A DNA stretch of 64,000 bases from Epiperipatus broadwayi (lineage: Eukaryota > Animalia > Onychophora). The position numbers and the translations under genes are program-made. Of this stretch, positions 24,480-37,659 are shown piece after piece. The stretch's first letter is position 1, and the number at the start of each line of letters is the position of its first letter. The notes below the pieces were generated by a model, which worked only from the letters and a program-made list of their open reading frames with translations, was not told the DNA's origin and made no database searches. The stretch spans positions 3,038,001 through 3,102,000 of the forward strand of contig JAQFVV010000011.1 in NCBI GenBank assembly GCA_028023455.1. Direction: 5' to 3'.

Positions 24480-27180
24480 ATTAATAAATGGATAACTATC
24501 TCAACATTATTAAAAGAGAAATCATATACCTATAGTTACTGAATCAAAAATTGGAGATACTGTACAGATTAATTGAGCAATACAATCTTGATGTATTTGC
24601 ACTTCAGGAGAGTGATGATTCTAATAATATTAAACTTGATTATTGGTAAATGTATAAAATAGTGATTTTTATTTCAAATCAACTTGTAAAGTAAACCATG
24701 TCTAGAGAAGATAGTTTCAAATGATTTTACAATATGTGGATAGGTAATTTTTACACATGTAACATTTATAATCTCCCAATACAAATTGACTCTTCTAGAT
24801 CTTTTTTATATTTTCTGCATTCATAGAAGATTTCAATTCTCATAGTAGTCTTTGGGAATATATAAATAGGATCAAATAGATCAACAACTTTTAGAGTGAA
24901 TGGACTTAAACAACATGTATCTACTTTATAAAGCCAAATCAGGAGGAACATTCCACTCAAACAGGTGGGGAACAAAAGCAATTCCTGATTTATGTTTTGT
25001 TTCAACAAAAAATGGGTTCATTCTTACTCATTGAATTATTGATATTGAATCATTTTCTTCATAGCCAAAATTAGCACAATCTAATCACTCTTGGGGTCTA
25101 CATTCCTTCCTATAGTTGCAAGTATCCTATTCTGAGATGGAATTTAAAGAAATCTAACTGTAGCTAATGATAGACAGAATGTTAAGACAATATCTCCAAT
25201 TTTGTCTTGTTATGATAGATTTTATAAACAACAGTTGCTAAAGAATCCATATTTCATGGATATCAAAAATACTTCACTCCAGTCAAAGATAAACAAGTAA
25301 TGCTCTTTATAGTCAGTTTTTGTCAATTAAAGATCTACAAATTGGTGATAAATTTGTAAAATTACCGGATGTCATAAAAGCAAAATGAAGAAAGACCACG
25401 GAGAAGGAAAACTTTACAAGATCTAATTATAAGGACTGACATTTTTACATAAGCTTGATAAGTATAGAAGCTTACTATCAGAACTGCTACTACCACTGCT
25501 AATCAGGTCACAATCTTATATATCAAACTTCTAAACCTAAAATGATAGAATAAGAAAGCAATATTAAAATAGAATTGGTAAGTTTTTTTTTTCACAATAT
25601 TCCTCCAATATCAATCTGATAAAACCAATAGATACTAGTGAATTTGAAAATTCTATTGATTGACTAATAGATAACTTCTAGAACTATGAACAAATTAAAA
25701 CTAAAGCCAAAGTATTGTTGATAGAACTTTTCAGTAACATAATTCATAAGCACATTATTCCAAAAATTTTGGTACCCAAGCAAAATGATCGTTATCTTAA
25801 ATCCAAATACATCCCAAAATGATTCAAAAATTATCATCAATATCATCCTTACATGTTCCCTAGAAATTCTTTGAAAGTATTATATTAACACAAAATTTTC
25901 TAATAGTTGAGAACCATCCATCTATAAAGCAGATTGAGTCTAAATAAGGAAGAAGCTGTTACAAGCAAGTTAATTACTCACATTGATAAGATCTTTAAAA
26001 TAAATTAAAAGTTAGTGCTATTTTTATTGATCTAACTTCATGTTTCATTGATTTTCTTCTAAATGTTTAAGTGCAAGAAAACTATTAAATGTACTTAATA
26101 AACTTTTCTCACTTAGTGTCAAGTGACACTAAGTGATAATCATAGTAAACACAAAACATTACAGAATGGTATTCCATAGGTTTCAGTTCTCTCATTTTAT
26201 TTAATATATTCATCAGTGATGTACTAGCAACAAAATGCAGGAGATTCAGCTAAGCAGATGATATTGCCATGTTTTCTCAAAACAGTTCTTTCCTACAATA
26301 GAAAAATCAATAAGGATACAAATTTTTTTTTAGAAATCTTGTTTAAAGACTGGCATTTTATCTGTAATCCAATGAAGACCATATGCTCAATTTTACATCT
26401 AAGCAACAGGGAATCATCTTGTGATCTAAAATAACCCATTTGTAATAATAAACTGATCACACAACCCTATTCCATGCTACTTAGAAGTAACATTGGATCA
26501 CATGTTTTTCTCATTTATCTAAGATCAGATCAAAATAACTTTCTTGGAAGTTGTTTGGCACTATTTGGATTTTGATGCAAATACTTCCATGGACAGTTTC
26601 CTTAGCACAAACACATTTCCCCAGGTAAATATTATGCACTTGTTTGGAAAGAAAATTTTCATATTAAAGTATTGGATATTCAATTAAATATTATTATGAG
26701 AAATATTTTTAACACATTCAAGTATACCCCTTTTGAATGGCTTCTTGTCCTTTCACATATTCTTCTACCAAAAGCCTCACAGAAAATATAAAAAGCTATT
26801 AAGCAGTACAGATCTGTCAATGATTTAAGATATAGTTTCATCACCAGACTCATCCCAAATCAAGATTCACTTTTTGAATGCTCAACAAATAATCTTCATT
26901 TGAAGAATCAATTTCTAGATTCAACTACAAAATCATGTGGATTAGATTTTAGAGATACAACTGGAATCTTAGCAACAAATTTAGGACTATCCAAAGTTAT
27001 TGTATTTATATGTTTCATAATGGAAATTAACAGCCACATATCTATGAAAATGTGGACTAACACAAGCCATCAATAACATAGTTAATAACCATCAAGCCAA
27101 TGGCTACAGTGGTAAAATTGAAGGTATTAATAAAGCAATTAATGAATCTACTTCCTGATTGGAATCTGTACAAGTTTTTT
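24480..27180 (+). mobile_element. Decayed ~2.7-kb I-group (Ingi/Vingi-like) LINE: APE, RT, C-terminal CCHC
   Basis: Motifs DVFALQE, QNGIP*VSVL, *ADDIA, NPMKT..LHLSN, YLEVTLD, YYALVW and CGLTQAINNIV. The clade call is from memory of motifs only. Confidence 0.7.
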
Positions 27181-27351
27181 TGGCATATTTTGTTAATAGT
27201 TAAATTGTCTAAAATAATTCATACATCTTATAATACTGCTGGTATGATGTAACATAATACAATATGAAATGAAAATTTCTATTAGCCCATTTTAAAACTA
27301 AAATATAAGATATTATACAATAGTCAAATTCTGAATTGAGAACTATGAGAA

Positions 27352-27405
27352 TATAAGCTCAAAGGACCAGTTTCAGGATAATTCTCTTCATCAGTTATGA
27401 TTTTT
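27352..27405 (-). ncRNA. Type I hammerhead motif, family F (single copy)
   Basis: ucauaa-CUGAUGA(27394-27388)-a-GAG-aauuau-CCU-GAAAC-UG-GUC-cuuuga. Helices I and II are partly decayed. Confidence 0.6.
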
Positions 27406-27559
27406 GTTAAAGAGTGAATTAACAGAGGTCAGAAAAATGCTCACATTAGTAATAAATAAATAATACATGTTCCAGGGTAATGAGAAATGTCACTGCCTCA
27501 TGACAGTAATCCCTTGTCAAATAAATACTAATCATTATCAAAAGTTATCATTATGTTGC

Positions 27560-27850
27560 ACCAAAGTCTTAATCAAAGTAGAACAGAATCCAATAATTAA
27601 GATTTAATAAAAAAAGAACCAAACCATTATAACCTAATCATAAAAAGCTTCTAGCATTATTTGGAATCATGCCTACATCAAATACCCTGGGTGAAAAATA
27701 GCTGTAATTACATTTTAAATTTTTTTGGTATTCAATCAAAAAAATTACCGTCTTCCAATTATTCCATATCCTGTTTGCTATATATCTCCACCAGCGTATC
27801 ATTAAATAATAGCATCGTTAAAGCAATAGTAAATAAAATTTATAAATAAA
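27560..27850 (+). mobile_element. Possible Penelope-like RT C-terminal remnant
   Basis: KVEQNPIIKDLI and MPTSNT/PWVK.IAVI resemble the 16.9-17.2 kb remnant. Heavily frameshifted. Confidence 0.4.
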
Positions 27851-27854
27851 AAGA

Positions 27855-28115
27855 GTTGTAAGTTGGAATAGTTTGAAGCCTGTCCATTAAAGTATGAAGA
27901 TTGGCTATCTTAATATAAAGCTGAGCACTGATTATATATATGTGTGAGGATAGTAATCTGGACCAACTGATGATTGCTTGTTTAGCATGAAATACGTATA
28001 TTGTTGATTATTTATCTTTTCAACATGTGTGTGATCAGGTGGGTCAGCAATATGAGATGGCACTGAGAGTAGTGGGTCGTGTGAAAGTCTGAGTTCGAAT
28101 CCCGCCTATATTACA
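27855..28115 (+). mobile_element. Family B hammerhead element with intact core and helix III
   Basis: gaccaa-CUGAUGA(27967-27973)-u-UGCU-uguuu-AGCA-u-GAA-AUACGUAU-A(28000)-uuguug. Confidence 0.88.
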
Positions 28116-28293
28116 TATATAAATGCAGGTTTTAGCCTGTGCAATGTATTAAATAAAAACTTTATGAAATGAAGAACACTTACATTCATAATACATTGAA
28201 CAGAAAAAAATATATACAAAGATTTATGTCATTTGCATTGACGAGATATATCTCTAGATACAAATATAACTTTTTAATATCCCGAAATGGATG

Positions 28294-28631
28294 AAATAAT
28301 ATGGAAGCGCTGAAACTTCCAGCGAGCTATATGTTCACTGTCACTAAACGTAAATGTAGAATGCGCCCACCTACATTTTAGCTTTAATCGTATATAGGCA
28401 TCCCATTTGCTGACATACGTGCACGCAGAGCGTGATTTATGTATACTACCGTAATTTCAAGACAACTATAAGCTATTCTGAAATTATTGTAACTAATCAT
28501 TGAGAAAGTAGGTCAATAAATGGTATGCTACTATACATTCAAAGCTAAAGTGTAGGTGGGATTATTCTATATTTACTGCCAGTTAGTGCGCTCATTACTC
28601 GCAGGGGATTTTCAGTGCTTCCGCATTATTT
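28294..28631. mobile_element. Unclassified MITE/fold-back with ~120-bp imperfect inverted arms
   Basis: Arms 28294-28414 and 28512-28631, for example cccacctacattttagcttt / aaagctaaagtgtaggtggg. Confidence 0.7.
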
Positions 28632-29638
28632 GTATAATTAAATACATAACTAAGTAGATGCAAAATAAAACTTTCATTAGAAACTTTAAGAAAAACATTC
28701 AATAATACTTTTATACAAATAATACAATAATTAACTGTTTTTGCTCTGCATAGATTAACTTAATTAGAGAATATTGAATTTCAGAGCATTGAATTTCGGA
28801 TTGATTTTCATTTGTGTAAGGTAAAAAAAAATCTTTTTGGTCAAATGAAAATAATTATTTGATCAACTGCCACGCAAGTGCTTAAACACCATGAGACTTT
28901 TCAGCAATTAACTGTATCGTCATTTTACTGTTTTTCATATAAATAATAATATTTTTTTTTAAAAAATTAAAATTTAAATAACAAATAGCAAGGTAAATTA
29001 ATGAACTAAAAAAAAAAATCAATTATTTATTTATTTATTTAATAATGGATATGAAATTCCTCTCACTCCTTATGTTCTCATTTTTTCACTCTTGAAAAGA
29101 GTTTAATTTCCTCTCAATAAATGTAATGGAAAAAAACAGTGCAAAGATTTCATTCTCCTTATTATAAAAACTAACATCAGAATATGTCTGAATCTTGTTT
29201 TATAAAGGATTTGCTTTCCAACAAAAGTTATATACAATACATGAAAAAGTTACTTCAGCTTAAAATATTTCACACACACACTCACACATCTTCAATTTCT
29301 TTATATAAAAAAATAGGCATTGAAATCTTAATTGTATTTTAAATATTCATAATTGATTAAAAATCTATAAATACGTAATTTCTTTTAAATATTATTCTAC
29401 AACATTATTAAAACAAAAAAGTCCTTTTTTCTTTCAATAATGTGATATCCACTGAAGACGCTGACCCTTTTGCTTTTTCATAGATGCTAGAGAAATTCAT
29501 AGTTTTAAAATCATAAACTGTAAAATATATCAGATGAAAGCTTTATTAATATTATATACTACTTACCATTTATATCAAAAACTGTTGTATTCCTTGGAGT
29601 ATAAAATTATAAATCGCTGAACAATAATAATATATATA

Positions 29639-29736
29639 TTTTTCTCTTATGTGTCATAGCATCAGCCGGGAAGCGAACCCGCTAACCTGGGACAACTGCT
29701 TGTAAAGCAGCCATCACTGACCTCTCGACCAACATA
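29639..29736 (-). mobile_element. tRNA-Gly-derived short SINE (intermediate subfamily)
   Basis: GGTCGAGAGGTCAGTGATGGCTGCTTTACAAGCAGTTGTCCCAGGTTAGCGGGTTCGCTTCCCGGCTGATGCT-ATGACACATAAG-A-rich. Confidence 0.8.
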
Positions 29737-32315
29737 ATGACCTCTCAAAGAACATAATCATGAAAAGCATTATGTTTTTTGAGAGGTCAATGGAAGAGAC
29801 CAAACTTCCACTCATTATTCAAAAATGATATACAGAGTTTAGTAATATTAAAATTAGGTGACTGGTGAGATCATAAATTATATGCAATATCATGTGCTGT
29901 ATTATTTAAATCAATAATGGTTACATAAACTATAATTTATCATCTAATATCTAGTAGTATCATATATAATAAGAAATGAGTCTGGTTCTCTGAACTTTTA
30001 ATGTGGAAGAATAATTGGACCCAAAAATAACAATGTATGTTCTCTAACTCATAATAGTTCAACCAATAATAAACTATGGATATTTTATTATAGCAATATA
30101 GTAAACTGTATATATTCTTTGAAAGCACTCAGTACTAAAAATGCATCTTATGTACAAAATCCATATTTTCTCTGTTGTCTTATTAGTGAATTATGAATGT
30201 TTGTCCAATGTCATGTGTCAAATTCACAACCACAGTGTTTATGTGTAGGAAGTAATTTGTGCTTTTAATTACAGGGATATAGTATAAATTTTACAGTAAA
30301 GTTATCTGCCAGCTGCAGAAACAACCACAAATGTCAATTCATAATTCGGCATTAAGAAAATCCATGTTTTATTGGTGTCAATTCCCTAATATAATTCAGA
30401 TGATTGACATACTTAGCAATGTTTAATAAAAAATATATATATTCACCTTAAATCTTAATTTTTTTTTTACGAATACTATATTTAATAAAAAAAATATTAC
30501 AAAAATAGCCGGTGTTTTTGCATTCTAACATTAATAAGCAGTAACTATTAATAAAACGAAAAGAAGCTATTATGATATAGTCATGATTTCTATTGAAAAA
30601 TCAAAAAAAAATTAAGTTTTTTATTCAGAGGCACTCCAGTAAATATATATTTGCACCTTAACGTTACCAAATATAACAAATATGTTTAAAATTGTAAATT
30701 TTAATTTAGCTTTATCAAAATTTGGATATTTATTTATATAATATTAAAATGTTTTATTTAATTCACATTAAATCTTTAAAAAAAATTTGTTAAAGCAATC
30801 AATTATTACAAAAATGATGGGCTGAAAACCTGGAGATTTTGTATTCCACTGTAACGACAGTCTTTCAGATCAGTATATAATTTTCACATTTAAAATCTTT
30901 TGTTTAATTTAAATTAAATCTTAAAAAAATTGTTAAAGTATGGGCCTTTACAAGATTGGATGCATCTGTTTGGGATATATTCAATGTTTTTGATATTTTC
31001 TCTATGTAAGAAACATTAATATAATTGCAGATATTTTACTAAATTTTATTCCATGTCTCTCTGACATACTTTAAAAATATTAACTCTTTTTAATAGTTGG
31101 AAAAATGTAATGATATTTATATAAAACATATGATATGCACTGGAACATCTACATCAACTTTTTTAAGTTTGTAACATCACTTCTTCAGTAACATAAAACA
31201 GTGCTTTTGAAAAGAATTTTTTTCACAAAGCTAATAATGTTGTAATACTTAGGGAACTTTAATCAGATCTTAGAATATTCTTATTAAAATGTTTCATTAT
31301 GAGCCTGTCTTCAAAATAATTCTGAGTAATGTATTTGGAATGAGAGGATTCTGTGAAATGATTATAATTTTAAATGTTACATATTAAAGCAGTAGTAAAA
31401 GTTATTTATGTACTGTTGAAATTAGTAATATTTAGGGAACTATAAACATGGTATTAACATCTCCAGTTGATTATTCCATTGTAGTTTTGTTTTTTCCCCC
31501 TAAAACAGGCTTTCTTAATAAGCACTGACATCTAAGTACAGATGCAATCTCTTTATACATGTCTATTATTTGTTTAATATTTATTATCATCAAATTACTA
31601 CAATTTAATCTAAAAGTGCTAAATTTTCTGTACTCACATGTTTGATATCATTCATATTAGATAAATATATTGATGATCATTGTTAATCATTTATTAAGTT
31701 GTGGATTACTATATCATTTATCACACAAATATAAACTTTAAATATTGTTAAAGATTAATATATTTATTTTTTAATAACTATAAACACGTGGTATAAGTAT
31801 ATTTAAAAAATACATATGAAAGAAGTAAAATGAAGTCAGATTAATGATTCATTAACTTATAATTGGGTTTGAAGTATATATCTGGATTGGTAATGATATA
31901 ATAATCCCTAACACAATGAATGATTATTAATAATAATTAGATGCCAAATATGTTAATACAGGTAGTTTAACTTTGAATATATCTGTAGTAAAATATTTTA
32001 AATGTAATTTGAAATAATAGACTATTCATTTAAAATTACAGTATGCATAAACATTATTTATTATTATATCTTACCGTTTAGAAAAAAATAATATTAAAAT
32101 TGTACATTAATTCATTTATTTGAGAAAGTGTAGGTTGAAAACAAATATTTCCAAATTATTTTTAAAATATATTATATCCATTTGCATTTCTTTTATTAAA
32201 CCATTAGTTATAAAATAAATATTGTGACTTTTCAAAGTAGATAAATTAAAAACATTAATTCAAAATATTTTCAAATTACTATTGTTGTTATTATTATTAA
32301 TTACATAGAATAAAA

Positions 32316-32519
32316 TTAACCTTTAAACCTGCATTGTTCATTTTAGTGTATAAATCTATTCACACTCACCAGTTAATAAGAGTTTAAAAACATAAGTGAG
32401 TCACTTGGCTTATATAAGAATACGCTCTAAACACAAGTGATTCTTTTTACAATTCTTACTGATGGGTAAATGTGCATATACTTATACACTAAAATGAATA
32501 GCACAGGATTGAAGATTAA
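32316..32519. mobile_element. piggyBac-type MITE (196 bp between TTAA sites)
   Basis: TTAA at 32316-32319 and 32516-32519, with ~55-bp imperfect TIRs (shared core ttcattttagtgtataa). Confidence 0.75.
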
Positions 32520-33128
32520 ATTTCTTCTATGTAATTACACACAAAAATAAATATATATACACAAAGCTAAACTGTTAACTTATATATTATTATTGTTGTT
32601 GTCTCTCTTATCTCACGTGTATTTCATGAGCAATTTTTGCTCTTCAGGTGAGTTAAAAAGTAACAGTATATCTCTATGTTGACAACTTGATAGCTTTTAT
32701 AACATCACTCTGATGCAAAGTAGATTTAAATCACCAGATGAGAGGTTTGTTCATGAAATGCATATATAGTGAGAGAGAGTAGTCAAAATTTCTGTACTGG
32801 TGGGCCAACTGTGATTTAGTGAAGTTGAAATGAGAAAGGCATTGATAAAGCTCAACTTATTAGTCCTGACTTCAAAAATCACATAATCTCTTAAGCAACT
32901 AACCATGTGATTTTAAAAAAATATATAGCTTTTTTATAATCAGAGCACCAATATTGTCTGATGTGCGTTGCAGTTCTAAAGAGATTATTTTGTTAATTTT
33001 CTCTCCCCATTTTTATTTTGTAGCTTTTTTAAAACTCATACATTAAACTAAACATGTCATGGATTTTTTAAATGTAATTGATATTCTTTTTAAGAGACAT
33101 ATAAATATAGACTATTAGTACAGTAGCA

Positions 33129-33489
33129 CAGGGGTCCCCAACCTTTTTGCATTTAAGAGCACATTCTATAATACTGGCCAGGTGGTGGACACCATTTATT
33201 TTTTCAACCAAGTCGTGGGCACCATTTATTTTTTTCAATGTAACCAAAAAATATATATTACAAAAATAAAATTTTAGCATATAATTAATGTTTATATTTT
33301 TACACTGTAAAAGTATAGTATGCCCTACAATTTGATTACAATATAATACAATAATTTATAAGAAATTTTAAAAATTAAATTTATTTGTATCAGATAAATA
33401 ATTTTTTATAGTGTTCGGATAGTGGCGGGCATACGTAAAATGGTCTGCAGACACCATGGTGCCTGCAGGCGTAGGGTTGGGGACCCCTG
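33129..33489. mobile_element. hAT (Charlie-like) MITE, 361 bp
   Basis: Perfect 15-bp TIRs CAGGGGTCCCCAACC / GGTTGGGGACCCCTG and an internal ~35-bp tandem duplication. No matching 8-bp TSD. Confidence 0.85.
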
Positions 33490-33490
33490 T

Positions 33491-33645
33491 AAACTCTTCA
33501 TACAGTAGTGTCACCCAGTGCATGACTTAGTAATTAATGAATGTTAGAAGGTTTGTACATAAAATCTTTATCTAGTGCCTACTCATCCAATATCCCCAGA
33601 TTAGTTTCTAGCTTGTGGGTTTCATCAGTGAAGAGCCTTGGAATA
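33491..33645 (-). mobile_element. Family A hammerhead element
   Basis: cucuuca-CUGAUGA(33628-33622)-aacccacaagcua-GAAAC-UA-AUC-ugggga. Confidence 0.85.
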
Positions 33646-34235
33646 CTAATTGAACTCTTCTATAAAAATATTGTTTATATTTTTTATTAGAAAGGTTTTA
33701 AAATTTTGATTTTGAAATCAAATTATCATCACATAACTATGCATATGCATGATTTAAAAATAATATTAACTGCACAAAAATATGTAGAAATAATTGTATA
33801 ATTCCTATTACAAAAAAAAGTAAGATGAAATATTTAATAGATCACTTATTTAGACAATATGCATTCAGTCAACAAAATATAAAATGCAAAATATAATTAG
33901 TAATATATAAGAACATATATAATAATCACATTCATATCGGCTTTTTTCAAACCAAATTGAGCAAACGCTTTTTGCGAGTGTTAAATAATAAATGAATAAC
34001 CTCTGACCCATACAAGATATAGAATTTATGCAGCAATAAAAGGAATCTTCTTATTACTACGACTCAAATATTTATATATGAGCAAATCTGAAGTACTGGC
34101 ACAGAAGGTGTGACTATAGAACAGTCACTTTGAATTACTATATATAACTTATGAATGAATGACGCCGATGAAATTTACCAGAATTTACTGAACGTCATTC
34201 CAACTGAAATTAATCATATATATAAATCAGCATTT

Positions 34236-34266
<31 letters not shown>

Positions 34267-34447
34267 TAGACGCTATAAAAAATAAATGCTGATTCATATA
34301 TAATAATATTATAATTCAATAATTATTTAAGTAAAATTATAATGGTATATACATATACACACACTTTACACATATTTTTTAAAAAAATATCTTAATGGTA
34401 CAATAACTTAAATTGTGTGTGTGTGCAAACTAAGTTGTTAAAATAAT

Positions 34448-34595
34448 TAAACCACTAAATATCTCATGATCACCATTTCTTATGCTTGCTCATAAAGGCA
34501 CTAGATAAGGATTTTATGCACAAGCCTTCCGGCATCCACTGATTACTCTGGCTTGTATTGAGTGGCACTACTGTATGGAGTTTTGTCTGTTTTTA
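34448..34595. mobile_element. Family A 3' fragment with inverted tail (no hammerhead core)
   Basis: Antisense far-3' tail at 34448-34497 is joined to a sense segment at 34497-34595. Confidence 0.75.
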
Positions 34596-35154
34596 AAATA
34601 ATAGTTCCTTTCAGATTATAAACATAAAAATAAATTTTTTTTATCAAATATTAAAATTCAAAAAAAGGAGGACCAAAAAAATATTGCCGGATATCATACT
34701 ATCTATAATAAAGCAGGTGTAATTTTAGTGAATGGTATAATTATAAAGCAACTATAATATTATAATTATGTGAGTTTTTAATTATAAAGTGCATATTTTT
34801 AAAAGATGGTTGTATTTCATCTTTTATTATCCAAAAAAAAGCAAATGGAATCTAAATTGATATAAATAAAATCAAGTCTTTTTGATTTGTGGTACATGAT
34901 GTTGGGGTTTGGCATTTGTCCTATGAGCCTTGTATTGTCATTATTTGCAAATCAGAATTTGACTTTAACTTTGCAGTGGATTGATAATGGTTGACAATGA
35001 TGATGATCATAATATTTTATATCATAGTTTAAGAATGATATAATAGAATTATGTTCAAAATAAAATACCATGTCACTTCAAATTTAAACTGTATTTTTTT
35101 TATTCAAATTTTGAAAATGTAAAATTAGAAAGCTCAGCTTAAATTTGAAGTCAC

Positions 35155-35505
35155 ATTTTAACATCTTATTTCTGCCTATCCTGCATTCCCCAATGATCGT
35201 GTCTTTGCTTTACACTCTGCTTTACATTCTATGCATATGCATTAATCCAGTTACTGTTTGATAGTAGCTGCATAGAATCATGTACCTGCCATATTTTAAT
35301 TGCTTTTTTTTATTACCCATACTAATTCAAAGCTGATATTTTAACATCTTATTTCTGCTAATCTCATATTCCCCAACAATCATGTATTTACTTTATGCTT
35401 AATGCATGCATGCACATAGTATTATGCTCATTGGTAGTAGCTGTGTAGATACATTCATATGATATCTAGATGCATTTTAATTTTGAATTTCTTTTATCAC
35501 CCATT
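35155..35505. repeat. Diverged tandem duplication, period 183 bp
   Basis: attttaacatcttatttctgc starts at 35155 and 35338, and similarity continues through the unit. Confidence 0.8.
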
Positions 35506-36866
35506 CTCACTAATGAAGAAAAGGTGGTCTACATATGATGCTGAATTCAAAAGAAAAGTTATATTAGTTTTTATTTAAATAAATAAAAATGTTTCTTATT
35601 TTTCAATATCATACCTATTAAAATCATTTTCAGATTTTTTTTTCAATTTTCCAAGCTTAGAATCCTACTGCAGTTTAAATTTAAGGGCAGCTTGTATTCA
35701 AAGTAATATGGTATCATAATTTAGACAGTACCAAATGCAATCTAATATCAGATAAGAGATTAAACATAAGATTTTGTCTGTTTTCAATTATTTTCTCTTT
35801 TTTTTTAGATGCATTAAATTATCAATCAAATAGCAGATCTTAGTATTGTAAGCTAGACTATTATTGTGGCTTGTTGGCATAACAACTTAAATAATTCTTA
35901 AAAGCTAAGAATCACTGTCTTTATATTGTATAAAATCGATTTTACTATATAGCTCCCCCCCCCCCCAGTTTTCTTTCAATTCCTATTTAATTTTTTCACA
36001 AATGTGTGTGAGCTTTATTTTAACAGATATTTTCTTTTCTAATCAAATTTTATATCATCTAATTAGATGTACTTTCCCTGTCATTTCAATTTTAATATTT
36101 TTTTAAAAAATTTTGGCTTTATTAATTAACTTAATATTCCGATTCTATGCTTTGCACTTAAAAAGCTTGTATTTGGATAAGCAATACATATGGTTTTTCG
36201 AAAATATCTCAATTATAATAATTACATGTCAAATCATTTTATAGTAATTCTTTACTTTGTAAATAGTGTTTAAATACTTTCAAAATAACTATTGGAAGTT
36301 ATAGTGAGAGACAAAGGAAAAAAGGATTGGAAAAAAATAGATCATTAAAGCAAATGATGAAAGAAGAGAAAAAATATATATAAATGGTAGCCTTTGGCCT
36401 AATGGCTGTTATTTATATATCTAAAGCTCCAAATTCAATTCTGTCACTATTCAGATCAACATCGCATGAAGAGAGAATAATAATATTAAGAAAGAGAAAA
36501 TAATATTGTATTAAGAAAAGAATAATAATATTACTATTTATCTCGAAACATTGTATTATATACTAATCTTTGTGCTATTATTAATAGTTGAAAGTAATTG
36601 GAAAATTTAAATAAAGTTTAAAATGTTTTAAAGACTTTCAATATTTAATGTTAGATTATAAAAATCCAACATAATAAGCACAACTCAAATGCCATCATCA
36701 CAAACATAAAGGCAAACACATGATAGACATAGTCAAAATAAGAGTCATATATCACATGACCCTATCTCTTAAGCTTGTAAGTTACAAACCATGAGGATTG
36801 CCAATTCCTCTACAAGCTTTATGATAAATGCTTAGCCAGAATCAGCACTTAAAATATCTCTGTCAG

Positions 36867-36937
36867 GAACCCCTCCCCAAACCCCTGACCATGGTTTTGT
36901 GCTTTGGCACTCCTCAGAGAGGTGTCTGGGTAGGTTC
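36867..36937 (-). ncRNA. Type I hammerhead motif, family E (G12>A)
   Basis: ACCUCU-CUGAGGA-GUGC-caaa-GCAC-aAA-ACCAUGGU-C-AGGGGU. Confidence 0.85.
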
Positions 36938-37423
36938 AGACACTAAATCTAAAAATAGCAACCCAAAGCCAAGCACTTATCTAAAAGTTATCTATTGAGT
37001 AGAAAATCTGAAATTTTCAGACATCTACATGTCTTCAAACCCAGCTATCCAACTCAAATAGCTATATGGGGGTGATAGATCTTCAGCCATACCATATATT
37101 AGTAGTCTTAGCAATATAAAATTGCATAAGACTTATGGTAATCCTCATTGTTTATAACTTACAAGCTTAAGAGATAGGGTCGTGTGATATATGACTCTTA
37201 TTTTGACTATTTATAGTCTCTGCCATAAGTCTTATGCAATTTTATATTGCTAAGACTACTAATATATGGAATGGCTGAAGATCTATTAGCCCCATATAGC
37301 TATTTGAGTTGGATATCTGGGTTTGAAGACATGTAGATGTCTGAAATTTTCAGATTTTCCACTCAATAGATAACTTTTAGATAAGTGCTCGGCTTTGGGT
37401 TGGTATTTTTAGATCTAGTGTCT

Positions 37424-37494
37424 GAACCTACCCTGACACCTCTCTGAGGAGTGCCGAAGCATAAAACCATGGTCAGGGGTTTGGGGAGGGGTTC
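37424..37494 (+). ncRNA. Type I hammerhead motif, family E (G12>A)
   Basis: ACCUCU(37438-37443)-CUGAGGA(37444-37450)-GUGC-cgaa-GCAU-aAA-ACCAUGGU-C(37474)-AGGGGU, with an extended distal helix I. Confidence 0.85.
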
Positions 37495-37659
37495 CTGACA
37501 GAGATATTTTTGAGTGCTGGCTCTGGCTAAGCATTTATCGTAAAGCTTGTTGAGGAATTGGCAATCCTCATTGTTTACATGATAAACATGTATCATTTTC
37601 TTACTATAACTATAGATCATAATGTATTGTAGGAAATAACACATTTAAAATATTAGTTT

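Larger units (their letters stand above)
36727..37576. mobile_element. Family E: two divergent, circularly permuted copies of a 423-nt hammerhead-containing unit
   Basis: 36727-37138 is the reverse complement of 37222-37576 followed by 37137-37211. The 17-mer GG(C/T)AATCCTCATTGTTT occurs at 37137 and 37560 (period 423). Confidence 0.92.

Noticed and set aside
34157-34200. Stem GAATGACG/CGTCATTC enclosing CCGATGA..TGAAC
   Set aside because: The register is incompatible with a hammerhead three-way junction; it is a simple hairpin.
37476-37491. G-quadruplex or telomere-like GGGGTTTGGGGAGGGG
   Set aside because: Only three G4 tracts, and they are explained as the 3' strand of hammerhead E helix I.
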